From the NCBI GenBank assembly GCA_965235115.1, contig OZ249445.1:25296001-25360000 (forward strand): a stretch of 64,000 bases of DNA. The letters are read 5' to 3'. This DNA comes from Laetmonice hystrix (lineage: Eukaryota). Shown here in pieces: positions 13,301 to 24,252 of this stretch; positions within the stretch are counted from its first letter, which is position 1, and every line of letters begins with the position of its first letter. A program made the position numbers and the translations under genes. Below the pieces are notes generated by a model. The model saw only the letters and a program-made list of their open reading frames with translations, had not been told where the DNA came from and did not search any database.

Positions 13301-13719
13301 GACCTATCTAAAACTGTGTAAAAGTTAGCTTTCCTGTGATATCTTCAGTACTTAAGGATGACGGATTACGGTACCGGTACCATCTATTCTTGGGATAACA
13401 TCTTGGCAATCTTTGATCTGTCTTATTTTCTCCCCCATTTTACCTGTTATTTTCATTTCCCATTCCCAACCCCCACCACCACCAGGATCGAGGATAAATT
13501 TGTGGGTGTGCCGTGCGGAATCAGACACACTTTCTAGCGGTGGAAACCTTCGCCTATGTCCGATCCTACCTCAAACAACCCCTTCTCCCTGTTAGATCAG
13601 CTAACACATCGTCTAAAACTGTCATAGACATTTCTTCCTAATCCAACTGAAGAGGATTAGAGCATATTTAACGCATATTTACCCCGCTCAAGCGTCAAAG
13701 GTTCTGCCGTGGTCGCCAT
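1282..13719 (-). CDS. LIN7: Protein lin-7 homolog (L27 + PDZ), complete; join complement(1282..1385,5424..5478,5981..6190,6365..6516,6750..6791,13683..13719), 600 nt = 199 aa + stop
   Basis: Spliced translation [199 protein letters not shown] is recognisably Lin-7/Veli/MALS. All introns are GT-AG with compatible phases. Confidence 0.97.
1748..2386. repeat. Identical 104-bp direct duplication (1748-1851, 2283-2386) around a 431-bp MITE fragment
   Basis: The two copies match base for base; the insert is the reverse complement of ~11094-11529. Confidence 0.92.
2472..2605. mobile_element. Foldback MITE, ~48-bp arms, CWG-bounded GGGGC termini (PIF/Harbinger-like)
   Basis: cagggggctgtttcact...gtgaaacagccccctg. 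Confidence 0.75.
3662..3824. mobile_element. hAT-like MITE (CAGGG termini)
   Basis: cagggatcgaaatta / taatttcgacccctg; flanks TTACAA / TTACAC. Confidence 0.65.
5424..5478 (-). CDS. LIN7: LIN7 exon 5: [18 protein letters not shown](G)
   Basis: ctgttgtag acceptor, gtgagt donor, 55 nt, PDZ alpha-B helix. Confidence 0.95.
5556..5832. mobile_element. hAT-like MITE with a 6-bp TSD
   Basis: ACAGTT-cagggctc...gagccctg-ACAGTT. Confidence 0.72.
5981..6190 (-). CDS. LIN7: LIN7 exon 4: PDZ core (GLGF motif)
   Basis: ttccag acceptor, gtaagt donor, 70 codons within ORF 5924..6238. Confidence 0.96.
6365..6516 (-). CDS. LIN7: LIN7 exon 3: L27 domain
   Basis: ttgttcag acceptor, gtaggt donor; [26 protein letters not shown]. 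Confidence 0.96.
6750..6791 (-). CDS. LIN7: LIN7 exon 2: (D)[13 protein letters not shown](S)
   Basis: ttacacag acceptor, gtaagt donor, 42 nt, phase 1/1. Confidence 0.94.
6906..7587. mobile_element. hAT-like MITE with a 5-bp TSD
   Basis: AGCTG-cagagctggaaat...atttccaggcctg-AGCTG. Confidence 0.55.
7653..9130. repeat. Degenerate ~52-bp minisatellite in LIN7 intron 1, interrupted at ~7805-7890 and ~8176-8560
   Basis: Recurrent gagcaaacactacagtgagggctccctacatgtattgactggccttatactc with substitutions and indels. Confidence 0.9.
9174..9369. mobile_element. hAT-like MITE
   Basis: caggccaggtca / tgacaaggcctg; flanks AAACAC / GAACAC. Confidence 0.55.
10359..10603. mobile_element. Degenerate MITE with an 18-bp TIR (GGCAGTGTATATTTAGCC)
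   Basis: Arms 10359-10376 and 10586-10603, 1 mismatch; TSD not clean. Confidence 0.5.
10639..11083. mobile_element. MITE with ~25-bp TIRs and inverted subterminal TTCGCCCC arrays
   Basis: tagtcgattcgcccc... / ...ggggcgaatcgacca; multiple ttcgcccc copies on the left and ggggcgaa copies on the right. Confidence 0.75.
11094..12010. mobile_element. Non-autonomous element rich in AARATGGCCGCC motifs, with an internal 162-bp tandem duplication
   Basis: Second copy at 1852-2282; 162-bp period (11766/11928); weak TAGGG...CCCTA ends. Confidence 0.65.
13683..13719 (-). CDS. LIN7: LIN7 exon 1: [12 protein letters not shown](D)
   Basis: caagATGGCG start, gtaaat donor; phase 1 joins exon 2 to give the conserved LERD. 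Confidence 0.93.
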
Positions 13720-13921
13720 CTTGGACATGCCTGCGTCCTATTGGCCCAAATTTATTCGGTACTCTCCGGAAAATCTCGGCAGATTCCGTTACTTCCGGCT
13801 CGCCATCATCGACACTCCATCGGGGCGATGTCAGCGTAGATACAACCTCCAGAAAATTCTTCGGCGTTGCCGTCAGACGGTGTATTTCTGTTTAGGCCGG
13901 AACAAAATAACGCCTCTCAAC
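13720..13921. promoter_or_regulatory. Bidirectional promoter shared by LIN7 and SPT2
   Basis: 202 bp between divergent ATGs; CpG-rich; ETS-type ACTTCCGG (~13790) and CCGGAA motifs, ATTGG (~13742), and YY1-type CAAGATGGCG overlapping the LIN7 start. Confidence 0.8.
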
Positions 13922-13981
13922 ATGGATTTCACAGCTTTGCTGAATTTGGCGTCTAAGAACAAAGTTGTGAATGAGAAAACG
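13922..13981 (+). CDS. SPTY2D1: SPT2 exon 1: MDFTALLNLASKNKVVNEKT
   Basis: caacATGG start, gtaagc donor, phase 0. Confidence 0.9.
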
Positions 13982-16900
13982 GTAAGCATGGAGAGGGCTT
14001 AGACTCGTGAAGACCGGCTAAAGCCTGTCGACCTGTGACGGAAGCGAAGCCAGCTCCGGCCCGCAAAGGTTGGCGTTTGCTACGTGGTTGGGTCGCGGGC
14101 GTTGGTCCACCCCAAACTCGTCGACATCAGTTCCGAGATCACCCCGCAAACAGCTCGGTAGCACGGATGAAAATAATCGATTAAGCTTCGGAACAGTTTG
14201 TTAAAACTGGGGAAAAGGCTGAACGATTTTTTCTCGGCTTCGGAAGAGCGGAACTGGAGGATTTTCACGGTTTATTTTCACCGACCCAACCAACGACGTC
14301 ATTATTATGTCGGCCATGGAGAATTTGAGCCCTGGAATCTCAACACTAGTTCAGATATAACTGCGCCGCTTTCAGAATGACACATCAAAATGTCATCTGC
14401 TTGGGTAGAACAAGGAAAAGTCGAGCTACAAATGCCAAATGCCAGTCTGGCAGCAAAATGGATCACAACCTTATTTTGTGGAAACTGGCACTTTTCCTGA
14501 AAAAAAAGAGCAGTTTGGAAAAGAAGCCCAAAAATACCAATCCCAAAAATGATGAAAACCCCACCCAATCCGTGACACCATAAGTCACTTAAAAAAACTA
14601 TCAAAATACAATAGCCATTTTTAATACCAGAAATTTATTGGAATAAAACTTTAAAAGTGTAGATTTAGTTTATTATGTAATTTTATAATTTCGACTATAT
14701 TTAAGTGCAATGTAAATATTATTAACAATCCATTAAAATAGTATATCTTTGACTAATAAGATATTGTGTAAAGAATTCGTTTTTCAACATGTATAAATTT
14801 GTGTATTTCAGGCGGCATCAGCGATTGGATACTCTACTGAACTTGGACCTCCTAAAAGGGTAGCAGTCACGAAACCAAAAGGAGTTCTCTCTGCAAGTGT
14901 TAAAGCTTTCTTGGATAAGAAAGAACAGGAAGAGAAAGAAAAAGGTAGGAGAACATTGTGAATAGGAAAGAAATCTGGCGGCCCAGAATTTTACAACAAG
15001 TATAGTAAGAAATACAGAACTTAGTAGCAAAGGGTTTAAATTATCACATAAGAAATTAAGAATCCATTTATTTCCTCCCTAAATAACTTTGACACACCAG
15101 GGGCCATTTCACTAAATACTCGTATTTTACGAGCTCGTATTTTCTATAGATCATAATAGCAAAATGTACCAGTTTTTGCTTCTTTACGAGCTATAAGGCC
15201 ATATACGAGCTCATACAGTCTTAGTGAAACGATCCCCTGATACTCACTAGTATAGCTCTCAACCTATCTAATGACCAGAATATAAACAAGCACGGGAATG
15301 CGAAATATTAGAACTATACTTATGGCAAACATAGGCCCTAGAACAATGGAAATGTAACGTCAAAATTCCAGGGGCTCAACAGACTTAGAAGAGCTTTGGG
15401 AGCCTGGCAAAAAATCTGGACACACTGGGCTCCTGCCAATTTCAATTCCTGCAATGCATATGGTTAATATAACAAGGTTTATATTTCAGTGTTCCTGTTT
15501 ATTTTTGTCCTAACCAACTACCTTTAGTCCATGTGAAATAAAGTTCAAAACTTGATGTAACTATATTTTGCCAATATTTTTGCAACCAAACAGAACGTGA
15601 AGCTCAAAAGAAAAAAGTTGCATTGTTGGCAATACGAAAGGAAAGCAAGTCGACAAAAAAGGCCAATGCCATGGCGAAACGCACCAAGGACAACCTGAAG
15701 TCCTGGAGCGATGAACAACTCGTCGCCATGAGAGATCAGGAAAAGATAGACCTCCAGAAACTGGAGGAAAAACGACTGGCATTCATTAAAAAGTTGGGTG
15801 AATCTGAAAAACGTAGTGGAAGTAAAAATGTGGTTAAAATGGCTCCGGAGTCACTTAGTGCACACCAGCGGGCCAAAGATAAGGCACTGATGGCCAAATA
15901 TGATCAAGATGATGATAGTGATGATGATACGGGTGATGTAAAATGTGATGTCATCAGTCCAGAGAAGAAACTATGGGATAATGAAGCTTACAGGAGGAAA
16001 GATATAGAACGTCACAAGGAAATTATAAACAGAAAGTCGAGTCACAAAAGTACTGATTCAAAGGACAAGCAAAAAAGTGGAAACAAAAGTAAAAACAAAT
16101 CTTCCTCAGACAAACACAAAGAGAAGCATAAAGATAAACACAAAGACAAACACCATCATAATGACCACAAACTTGGTGATAAAAAGAACTTGAATGGTGT
16201 ACAGGCAAAAGTAGTCAAAAAACCTAAAATTGTGAGAAGGGCTCATCAGAAACCTGTCCTTAGTTTTCAAGATTTGATAAATATGGCAAATGAAAAGCAT
16301 AAAGAAGTCCAAGAGCCTGAATCTGTGCCTAAAAAGAAGGTTGATGCAAAGAAACCTAAAGAGTCCCGTCCAATGACCCAAGAAGAGAAAGATCGGATTG
16401 CTCGTCGGTCGACCAAAGAGTACAAGGAATGGTACACAAAGGGAGGAGTGCGGCCAGGGTTGGTGTCTCCTGACAGTTCAGGGAAACCCACGGCCGACAG
16501 AACAGGACAGCAGCATCGAGGACCAAGTGAGGACAAACCGCCTCCCCTAATTAGAACTCCAGGTGCTAAAACGTCGTCTCATCCCTCCAATAGTAATGAA
16601 GGGCGAGAAAGATCCAAGTCAGCACCAGGATCCAGCACAGAACAGATGGCAAAGCTTGTACCAAAATCAAACAACAGTTCAATAAAGAATGGAAAAGTGC
16701 CTCCGAAGGTCCCTAGTAGTTCTGGTCCACCGGTCTGGCATTCTACTGGGGCGACACCAAAAGGTGGCACTGCAAATAGCCGTCCTCAGATGGGATTAGG
16801 TAAAGGGCAAGGAACACCGCAAGCAGCTAAACGGGAAGCACCTGGCCCACTGAAGAAACCTGAACCTGCACTCAACCCTTTTGACAGAATTTACAATGAG

Positions 16901-17943
16901 ATCAAGAAGAAGAACCCCAAACCAGGTAAGAAACGCAACCATTCCCCACTGAGTTTTAAAAGTTTAATCGTGTTTGCACCTTAAGGGCAAAGTGTTCAAG
17001 AAAATAAACTTAGATATATCAGTTTATTAGACCAGAAAGAGACCCTTAATGATGAATAACATCCAAATCATGCCAGAAAGTAAATCCTATTTGTTTATGT
17101 GTTTTTTCAATATATGTTACATAAGATCTAAAGTGTGCACGTAAGTGATAACTTTGTCTTCTGAAGAGAAGAGACGCCGTGTGATAGAAAGTGAGGACGA
17201 GGAGGAGATGGACGACTTTATCGCTGACTCTGAGGATGACGATTTCATCGATGACAGCGGACCTGTTGATGTTTCATCAGCAATCCGTGACATCTTTGGC
17301 TATGACAAACGCAGGTGTGTATTGCAGAGCTGGTAACATCTCTGGTTACAATTCCAGTCCATTCTCAAGATACATTTCTTAAAGTCTGTTTGCTTTCTGG
17401 ACTTACACCGAACTTCAGTGCCCTTAGACTGGATTCAGCAAAGTCAGTACAGGTGTAGCATTCTGGGTTCAGTGATATCTGGCATAAGCTAACTGAGAGC
17501 TGCGTAGAATAAAAAAGTAGATTAACTGTAGAGATAATAATGTTCATGACCAAGCATTTTTGTGTATGCTTCAGATTCCGAAACGAGAGACTTGATGACA
17601 TAGATAACATGGAGGCCAGCTTTGGCCAGACCCTGAAGGAAGAAGCCCGCAGGTATGTGTGCTAACTGTGCTTTACACGTAAGAAAACTTAGGAAAAGGA
17701 TACATGGCACTAAGTGTCTAAAGGGTCAATGCAAACATTCTTGGAAGCCCTGAAATTTTGAAATACATGTACAAAATATTAACGTCTTTTCCAAGTGCTG
17801 CCCAGGTAAAAAAAAAGTCCACTTCTCATTGCAGTGCCAAGATCGGAAGATTAGAAGATCTTGAAGACATGAGGCTTGAGGAAGAAGAGAATAAGAGGAA
17901 GATGATGCTTAAGAAGAAGCAGAAGATGATGAAACGACATTGA
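13922..17943 (+). CDS. SPTY2D1: Protein SPT2 homolog (histone H3-H4 chaperone), complete; join(13922..13981,14812..14944,15594..16925,17167..17314,17575..17652,17835..17943), 1860 nt = 619 aa + stop
   Basis: Motifs recalled from metazoan SPT2: MDFTALLNLASKN, KKANAMAKRTKDN, KPVLSFQDLINMANEK, RPMTQEEKDR, acidic MDDFIADSEDDDFIDD, AIRDIFGYDKRRF, MEASFGQTLKEEARSAKIGRLEDLEDMRLEEEE. All splice phases are consistent. Confidence 0.93.
14812..14944 (+). CDS. SPTY2D1: SPT2 exon 2: AASAIGYSTELGPPKRVAVTKPKGVLSASVKAFLDKKEQEEKEK(E)
   Basis: tatttcag acceptor, gtagga donor, 133 nt. Confidence 0.9.
15098..15239. mobile_element. CWG-bounded MITE (family shared with 26690-26824)
   Basis: caggggccatttcactaa...ttagtgaaacgatcccctg; shared internal sequence. 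Confidence 0.75.
15594..16925 (+). CDS. SPTY2D1: SPT2 exon 3 (large, K/S/P-rich)
   Basis: ccaaacag acceptor, gtaaga donor; covers ORF 15623..16984. Confidence 0.93.
17167..17314 (+). CDS. SPTY2D1: SPT2 exon 4 (acidic tract, IFGYD)
   Basis: tcttctgaag acceptor, gtgtgt donor. Confidence 0.9.
17575..17652 (+). CDS. SPTY2D1: SPT2 exon 5: (R)FRNERLDDIDNMEASFGQTLKEEAR(S)
   Basis: atgcttcag acceptor, gtatgt donor, 78 nt. Confidence 0.92.
17835..17943 (+). CDS. SPTY2D1: SPT2 exon 6 (last coding)
   Basis: ctcattgcag acceptor; AKIGRLEDLEDMRLEEEENKRKMMLKKKQKMMKRH*. Confidence 0.92.
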
Positions 17944-18405
17944 CATCAGTGTCTTCTTGAAGAAATGTTTGTAACTTGTTGCAGAAGGTGCTATGTGGCG
18001 GAGTGTGTTATATTGGGTCATGACTTTCATTGAGAGCTGTATTGCATTGTGCAAATCAAGTTTCTTTCACAGTTTTTGTAAACGATTACAGTGTACTTCT
18101 AATGTGCTAATTTTTTGGTATTATTTTTTTTCCAACTGATGCAATGCAGGATTCATTTATTGCTCGATTTTCTTTCATGGGCATAATATGCGGATCAACA
18201 TCTTTAAAAAAAACTTGATTCCTGTGATAAGAATGTGACTACTGGTAGTCTCTGCCATTGGTGTACCATTTCCAAAGAGGTGACAGTGTACCATTGTGAT
18301 ATAAAGGAGGGAAAGGTTGCCGCCTGCCATACACTAGGCTCTAACCACTGCATTCCCACAGTCATCGGTACCACCAGCACAATCAAATGTTTATCTTTAA
18401 CTTAA

Positions 18406-18758
18406 AGGGGCCCCATCATTTAAAAGCCACAAAATCGACCCCCTCTCATAATAAACAACCTAGATTTACCTGCAATCACGTAATAAATTGGAAGCAAAAC
18501 AACTGCGCATGTAGAAACGTAGCAGTGCGTGGCTTAGGTAATTGCCTTCCTTCGCTCCAATCTCCACGTTGTCATCGCAGCGCCGGTTTGCCATGGCGGT
18601 GGTTTGTAAACTCCATGGACTATGCTCGGGCGATTGAACTTGTAATTTTCTTACATTTGTTGCCATTATTTGATCGCAATATTTAAATATTATGTTGCTA
18701 AGGATGAAAGGTACGTTTTTTTATATTGGGGGGGGGGGGCGGAATTGATGGAGTCCCT
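18406..18758. mobile_element. Kolobok-type MITE with a TTAA TSD
   Basis: TTAA-AGGGGCCCCATCA...TGATGGAGTCCCT-TTAA (13-bp TIR, 2 mismatches). Confidence 0.72.
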
Positions 18759-20559
18759 TTAAGTGGCAAATGAAAATTACATGAAATGCAGCACAGTCAA
18801 TGTTAAAATGCCAACAGCACCCTTAAAGTGTCCGAATTTTTAAGGGCGGGGAGGTTGGTGCCTACGGAAATCAGTACCTTAAGTGTCACAGGATCTAATG
18901 TTTGACCAAAAAAAATATTGGTCATTTTCTTCTAATTTCCGCAAGTGTTTTCTTTATTCTCTGCAGCACCCATTCATTGTTATTCCGAGCATTGAGATGA
19001 TAACCGTATTTTCTTTGTCTGATAATGTTGACTAATGCTCATCTTTTGATAGATTTAGCTCATTCTCTGCTGGCCATTTTGTTTATTTGCTGGTAGCAGT
19101 TTTCCTGATGTAGAATTTTAAGAGAAAGTATCATGAATGAAACTTGTGGGAGTGAATGTTCAAGGCTGTGCTCGCCGCAGTACATAATGAAATCACAGTG
19201 AAAATTCAATTAAATTGTGTCGGTGTAGCAGAATATATGAATGCATTCTCATCAAGTCATATGAAATTGTTACATTGTGTACAGAATCAAGTAGAATGTA
19301 GTCAAAACTAATGTTATCTCAAAACTAACTCATTTTGAGAAGTGGTAACAAGAACCCGCACTACGAAATCTTAACCGGTGGTTCCTTTTTTTGCTTGGAA
19401 GGAGGATCTATCCCCCCCCCCAGCATACTGATGAGGTTATTTAACAAAGCCAGTTCATAAATTTGTACATAAATCTATAGGTTTCATTTTGTTTTGTATA
19501 CTGTCATATAATAAATACATCATGGCTGAGTTATATTTCTGTCAGGTCTTACACAAACAACCCGAGGTTTTGCTGGATTCATTCAGACTCAGAGCAAATA
19601 CACAAGTTGCCTGTTTGCATTTGTTCTATTTGTTGTAATTCAGGGAAAGTGTGGGGACTACGTCATTGTATGGAATCAATTTAATTAACCTCACATTCTA
19701 TATATAACTGATTGGTGATGGGTGTGTTTAAGGTAGGATAATTTCCAGACATTTCAAACAAATTTTAAAATGTTAATTTTAAGTTCAGAATACGAACAAG
19801 ACAGGCTAGGGGGATTAATAATTGAAGTTGATAAATGAATTGTGTTGAATGCTTGTGTGGTCACTGTACATTATTCTATAATCTCAAAAAAATATTTTCA
19901 CCGTTTACATAAAGTTCTGTTATACACGTTTATCATTATTTAGGGGGAGGCTGTGAATTGAGATGCCCAGGTTTCCTCAACTCTCAAGGTGTGCTGACAA
20001 CGTCCATGTTCTATCTTGAGTGACCAGTTTCAATGTCTGTCTTGTTAACTACCTGTAAAATGTATTTTATATTTATTTATTATGGACTACCCTGAGACAA
20101 GAAATATGATATGTCTGATGAAATAAAATATACATGTATCAAGGTCGTAACATGAAGGATCTGCATTTATAATCAAATCTTTGTGTTTTTCTTGACTATA
20201 TGACATGCCACAGAATTATACAAACATTCGGGGGGGGGTCTTGTTTTGTTTTGCAACCCATGTAATAAACACCTTATATTCCCGTGTTGAGGCTTGACCT
20301 TTATTTTTAATATATAGCAGGCCTTGTCCTATATAGCATTTAATTCATAATAATTAGGAAACTTTACCGACCTGTTGTGCCCTGCTGTGGTTCTCTGCGG
20401 TGGCTTGAACGGATAACAGTCGATATGCACCAGCGCCTACTGGCGGGCATGTGACGAAACCTTTCATGGCATTAGTTTGTCGACAATGCTACCACTGGAT
20501 TGTTAGAAGATGCCGTTTTGTTACGACTTATGAAGTTGATGTGATGATCATAGCAGTCT

Positions 20560-20905
20560 TTGACGTGTGCATACCTTTTTGCCATGCCAACTATTATTAG
20601 AACTATTCACCGTTTGAAGTTTGAAGCGGCGAAGCGATGCCAAACTCGCGACTTGGCTCAGTCCGCCGACCGTAGCGCCACTGTGGCGAGTAATGGTTAG
20701 TTCCATACAAAACGCTAGATGGCAGTGCGTAAATTTACGCACTGCCATCTAGCGTTTTATCCGGAACTATTCATTATTCACCACAGTGGCGCTGCTGTCG
20801 GCTTCAAACCCTCGGCCTCCGCTTCGGAGTTTCAAACGGCGATTACGACGACTCTACGTAAAAAGATCACACCTAAAGAACGCCTGACACCTCAAAGACT
20901 GTACT
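20560..20905. repeat. Imperfect foldback with a perfect 50-bp central palindrome (20709-20758)
   Basis: aaaacgctagatggcagtgcgtaaa|tttacgcactgccatctagcgtttt; mirror ORFs MAVRKFTHCHLAF on both strands. Confidence 0.9.
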
Positions 20906-23900
20906 GATAATAAATCTAGTTCCATACATTGTGAATGAATCCCCGAACGTTCCGTTTTCTAAGTGTTTTGTGAAGACCAATTCATGTCAAGTTTCTCAAA
21001 ACCCCCACCAGCTGGCGCTGGCGCTGGCGCATACATACCGTCGAGCTCGTTTGGCCAGACTCGGCCTGAACTGCGGTAAATTTTCAAAAAGTGGTCGTAT
21101 ATATACCTAACCGTATCGTATAAGCCTACAAGTTCGGATCCGGTAGAGGAGGGCTAGTTTTAAATGATCAAATCACAAAATTTAATATTTATTTTATATA
21201 CAAACAAACATTGAAGACAAAGTTTTGTTTTTTAATATGCACTTTTTTATTTGACACATTTGGCATTCTTTCGCGAATATTTGCCAACGAATTGACCAGG
21301 GCGGGGGGAGAAGAGGCTGTCATGCCCTCGAAGCCTTTTTTTTAGGGGGGGGGGAGAAACAGAAACGTCGCCTGCAGCAACCCCACAATGCCCTCCTCAG
21401 TCGTGGTGACGACAAGCTATATCAGAAAAGGCCGCACTAATAAGAACCGCTGCACAGTCAGCGAGCTCCTTTTATTGTACCCTATCGTCTGTTTCCTTTG
21501 ATTTTTTGATCCCCAATAAACACTGATACAGCATTTCAATACATGTATGTAATAGTATTAGGTCGGACATCGTCGGAGGCAACATCAACAGTGAAGTTTG
21601 CCCCTGCAATACCCATGGTTGCTCATCTAATATTATAAAAATCACATCGGATCAAAGGAGAAGTTTTCTTGTAGACTACCATTGCAACTTGCATCGCCCA
21701 GTCGTAACAGTTTCTTTTGACATGAATTATAATAGTAACGATAATTATGAGTTATAATTCCGGTTTTTTTCCCCCATGCCCACCACGACATACGATCAGC
21801 AGCAGTAGCTGTATGCTTTGTTGTATTTTTCTTTTAAACCACCTTTAACCATCTTGATTCTCACTTCTGTAAATTTTCTCTTTCTGCTCCCCCTTTTCCC
21901 TGCCCCACGGAAAGTGGGTTAAGCAGTAACAAATTTAGGGGATGGGCTGGCACCATATTAATTAACCAAGATGGAGGGGGGGGGGGGGCAGCATGGCCTG
22001 AAACCTTTGAATAATGTTTGGGCTGTTCGACTGGCTGATGGGTTTTGGGTGAATATCAATATTTTGCTAACTCTGCACCCTATTTATCACTGTTACCATT
22101 CCATCAAATAGTACAAACCAATCTTACAGCATCATCACAGAATAAAACAAATAATTGTTTCTTGTAGCAACCACCCTGAACGCCTTACCGCGGCCACCCG
22201 CAAACATGAACCTTGCCACATGGAAAAAATGTCAGCAACCAGACCCTGAACCAGACCACCATGATTTCACACTTCAAAAAAAAGTACAACATTCCCTTTT
22301 ACGTGTACATCCCATTTCAGATGTAAAGGTACGTTACTGCTTTTTTTTTAAAGACACGTGCATCTCATAACAGTGAATGTCCTGACCTTAAGGAATCTTT
22401 TCGCTTTTTAAAATCGGGCATTTACTGCATGCCGAAATCAAGACAATGCTCTGTACTGTAGCTAACTGTCGCCTCTTAATTAATTGAACTGTAAAGACTG
22501 GCGATTAATTACAGAAATGCCATAAAAGCAGCTTGTGCTGAAGTACATGGGTTGAATGACCTTCATGTGGATTTTGCAACGAGTGTTTTTAGTTCATGAA
22601 ACCTTCCAATTTCATTGCAAGAAACAAAATAAAGACAAATAATTAAAAAAAAAAGAAAAACATAAACAAATAAAAGTCCCTAAAAACCAAGTGAGCCTTC
22701 TCAAAATTGGCCAAAATCATTATGACTTTACCGATTTTTTTTTCTTTTCTTCCTGTTAGCCGTTTTGGCATTTTGCTATAAATGCTGACCATTTTCCATA
22801 TGTAGGGTTATGTACCGATGATAACACAAAATGATTGGCTGATAATTCCTGCATGTGGCCCCGACATGAAGCAATGACAGTAAGTGTCTAAAAGCTCGAG
22901 GGGCTGGGGGGCTGGGGGGGGGGGGTTAGGTTAGGGGGGCTGGGTGACTGACACATATACTAAGATGCCGTTTTATATGTTTTGGTTAAACAGGTCCGGT
23001 ACCAGTTCTGGAACCCTCCCACGGCAATCATCAATATGGTTAGAACCAATGTCTTGGTTTGTTTCTATTAATATCATTATCATGGAGTACCCAACGGTCG
23101 CTTTCTACATGCAACCGGGTCGCTCCATCCAAAAACACCTAACAACCTTTCCTACTTATCATCGTTATTATAATCTTGACAGATTCTGTTCCTTAGTCAT
23201 CAGAAAATTGCTCTAGACTCAAGAAGAAGGCCTGGCTGACCTGCTATGTTATACTCTACTGGTACTCTAGGAGCCTTGGGGGATTCTTTTGCTAAGTCAA
23301 CATTGTTTGCTACAGTTTTCCTCTGGCCCCTGTACATTTATTAGCATCGGCTTCTGGGTTAAAACAAGCTTACCCCCTTGAGAACTCGAATGCCACAAGT
23401 TTCAGCCAGGTGGCCAGTGGTTAATCGCTTTAATCATAAATACACCGACTCCCCCTCTATAATAATGCCAATGGCTTCAGCAGCACTGAATGACTCCAAA
23501 CACTAGGACATAATACGATTACCGTAAAACACTGAATGAGAGCAAACGGAGAGCTAAGCACATCAACACCCCAGTAATTACAACCAAAGCTTCGAACCCT
23601 GTTTCCGAACTTATAACTCTGCGACAATTGGCTAAATCAAGCAACATCGAATCTGCACTTCCAAATGCTTAAATATGTACTGGATATATGGTAATGCGAA
23701 TTTAAGTCCTGTAATGATAGTCTTTATCCTGGATAGCTCATTGGAGAGGCCGGCTGGGACGGGGTGTCTTTTCATTTGTCAAATCAAAGGGCCACAATAC
23801 TGAGCGCTGCAATAAGTAAATTCTCAAGTGCCAAAAAAGCATAGTCCCCTCCTAACTTGACTGGGGAGGGAAGGGGGAGGAGGGGGTCTTCAGTGCAAAG

Positions 23901-24241
23901 CTCTCCACTATAATATTTGGGGGTTCATCTGCAGGAAGAGGGGTTCTTAGTAGGTAACCCCAATATCAGCCAATCATCTGTGATCATCTCTAAACACAAG
24001 TTACCCTGCACCAAAAAAATAACGCCACTTCGGAACGAAGAGTCGGCGCAATTGTGACCCTTTGTCGGCCTCAAGTGGTGGGCTGGGGCGCACTCTGGCG
24101 CCAGGCGGGTGGCCATCGGAGGGCGTTCAGTCGAGCTGATATGGTAGAGTAGGAGAAGTCGAATAAATACAGCCCTCGAAAAAAAACTGCCCCGGGGCCG
24201 TGTGCTCAGAACGCCATGGTTCCACTCAAAAGGCAGCTCTG

Positions 24242-24252
24242 CTACTGTAGCC
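24242..24252 (-). CDS. CNOT4: CNOT4 putative last coding exon: (G)LQ*
   Basis: Good acceptor (ttttctgactgattacag), phase compatible, but only 3 codons and no homology check possible. Confidence 0.5.
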
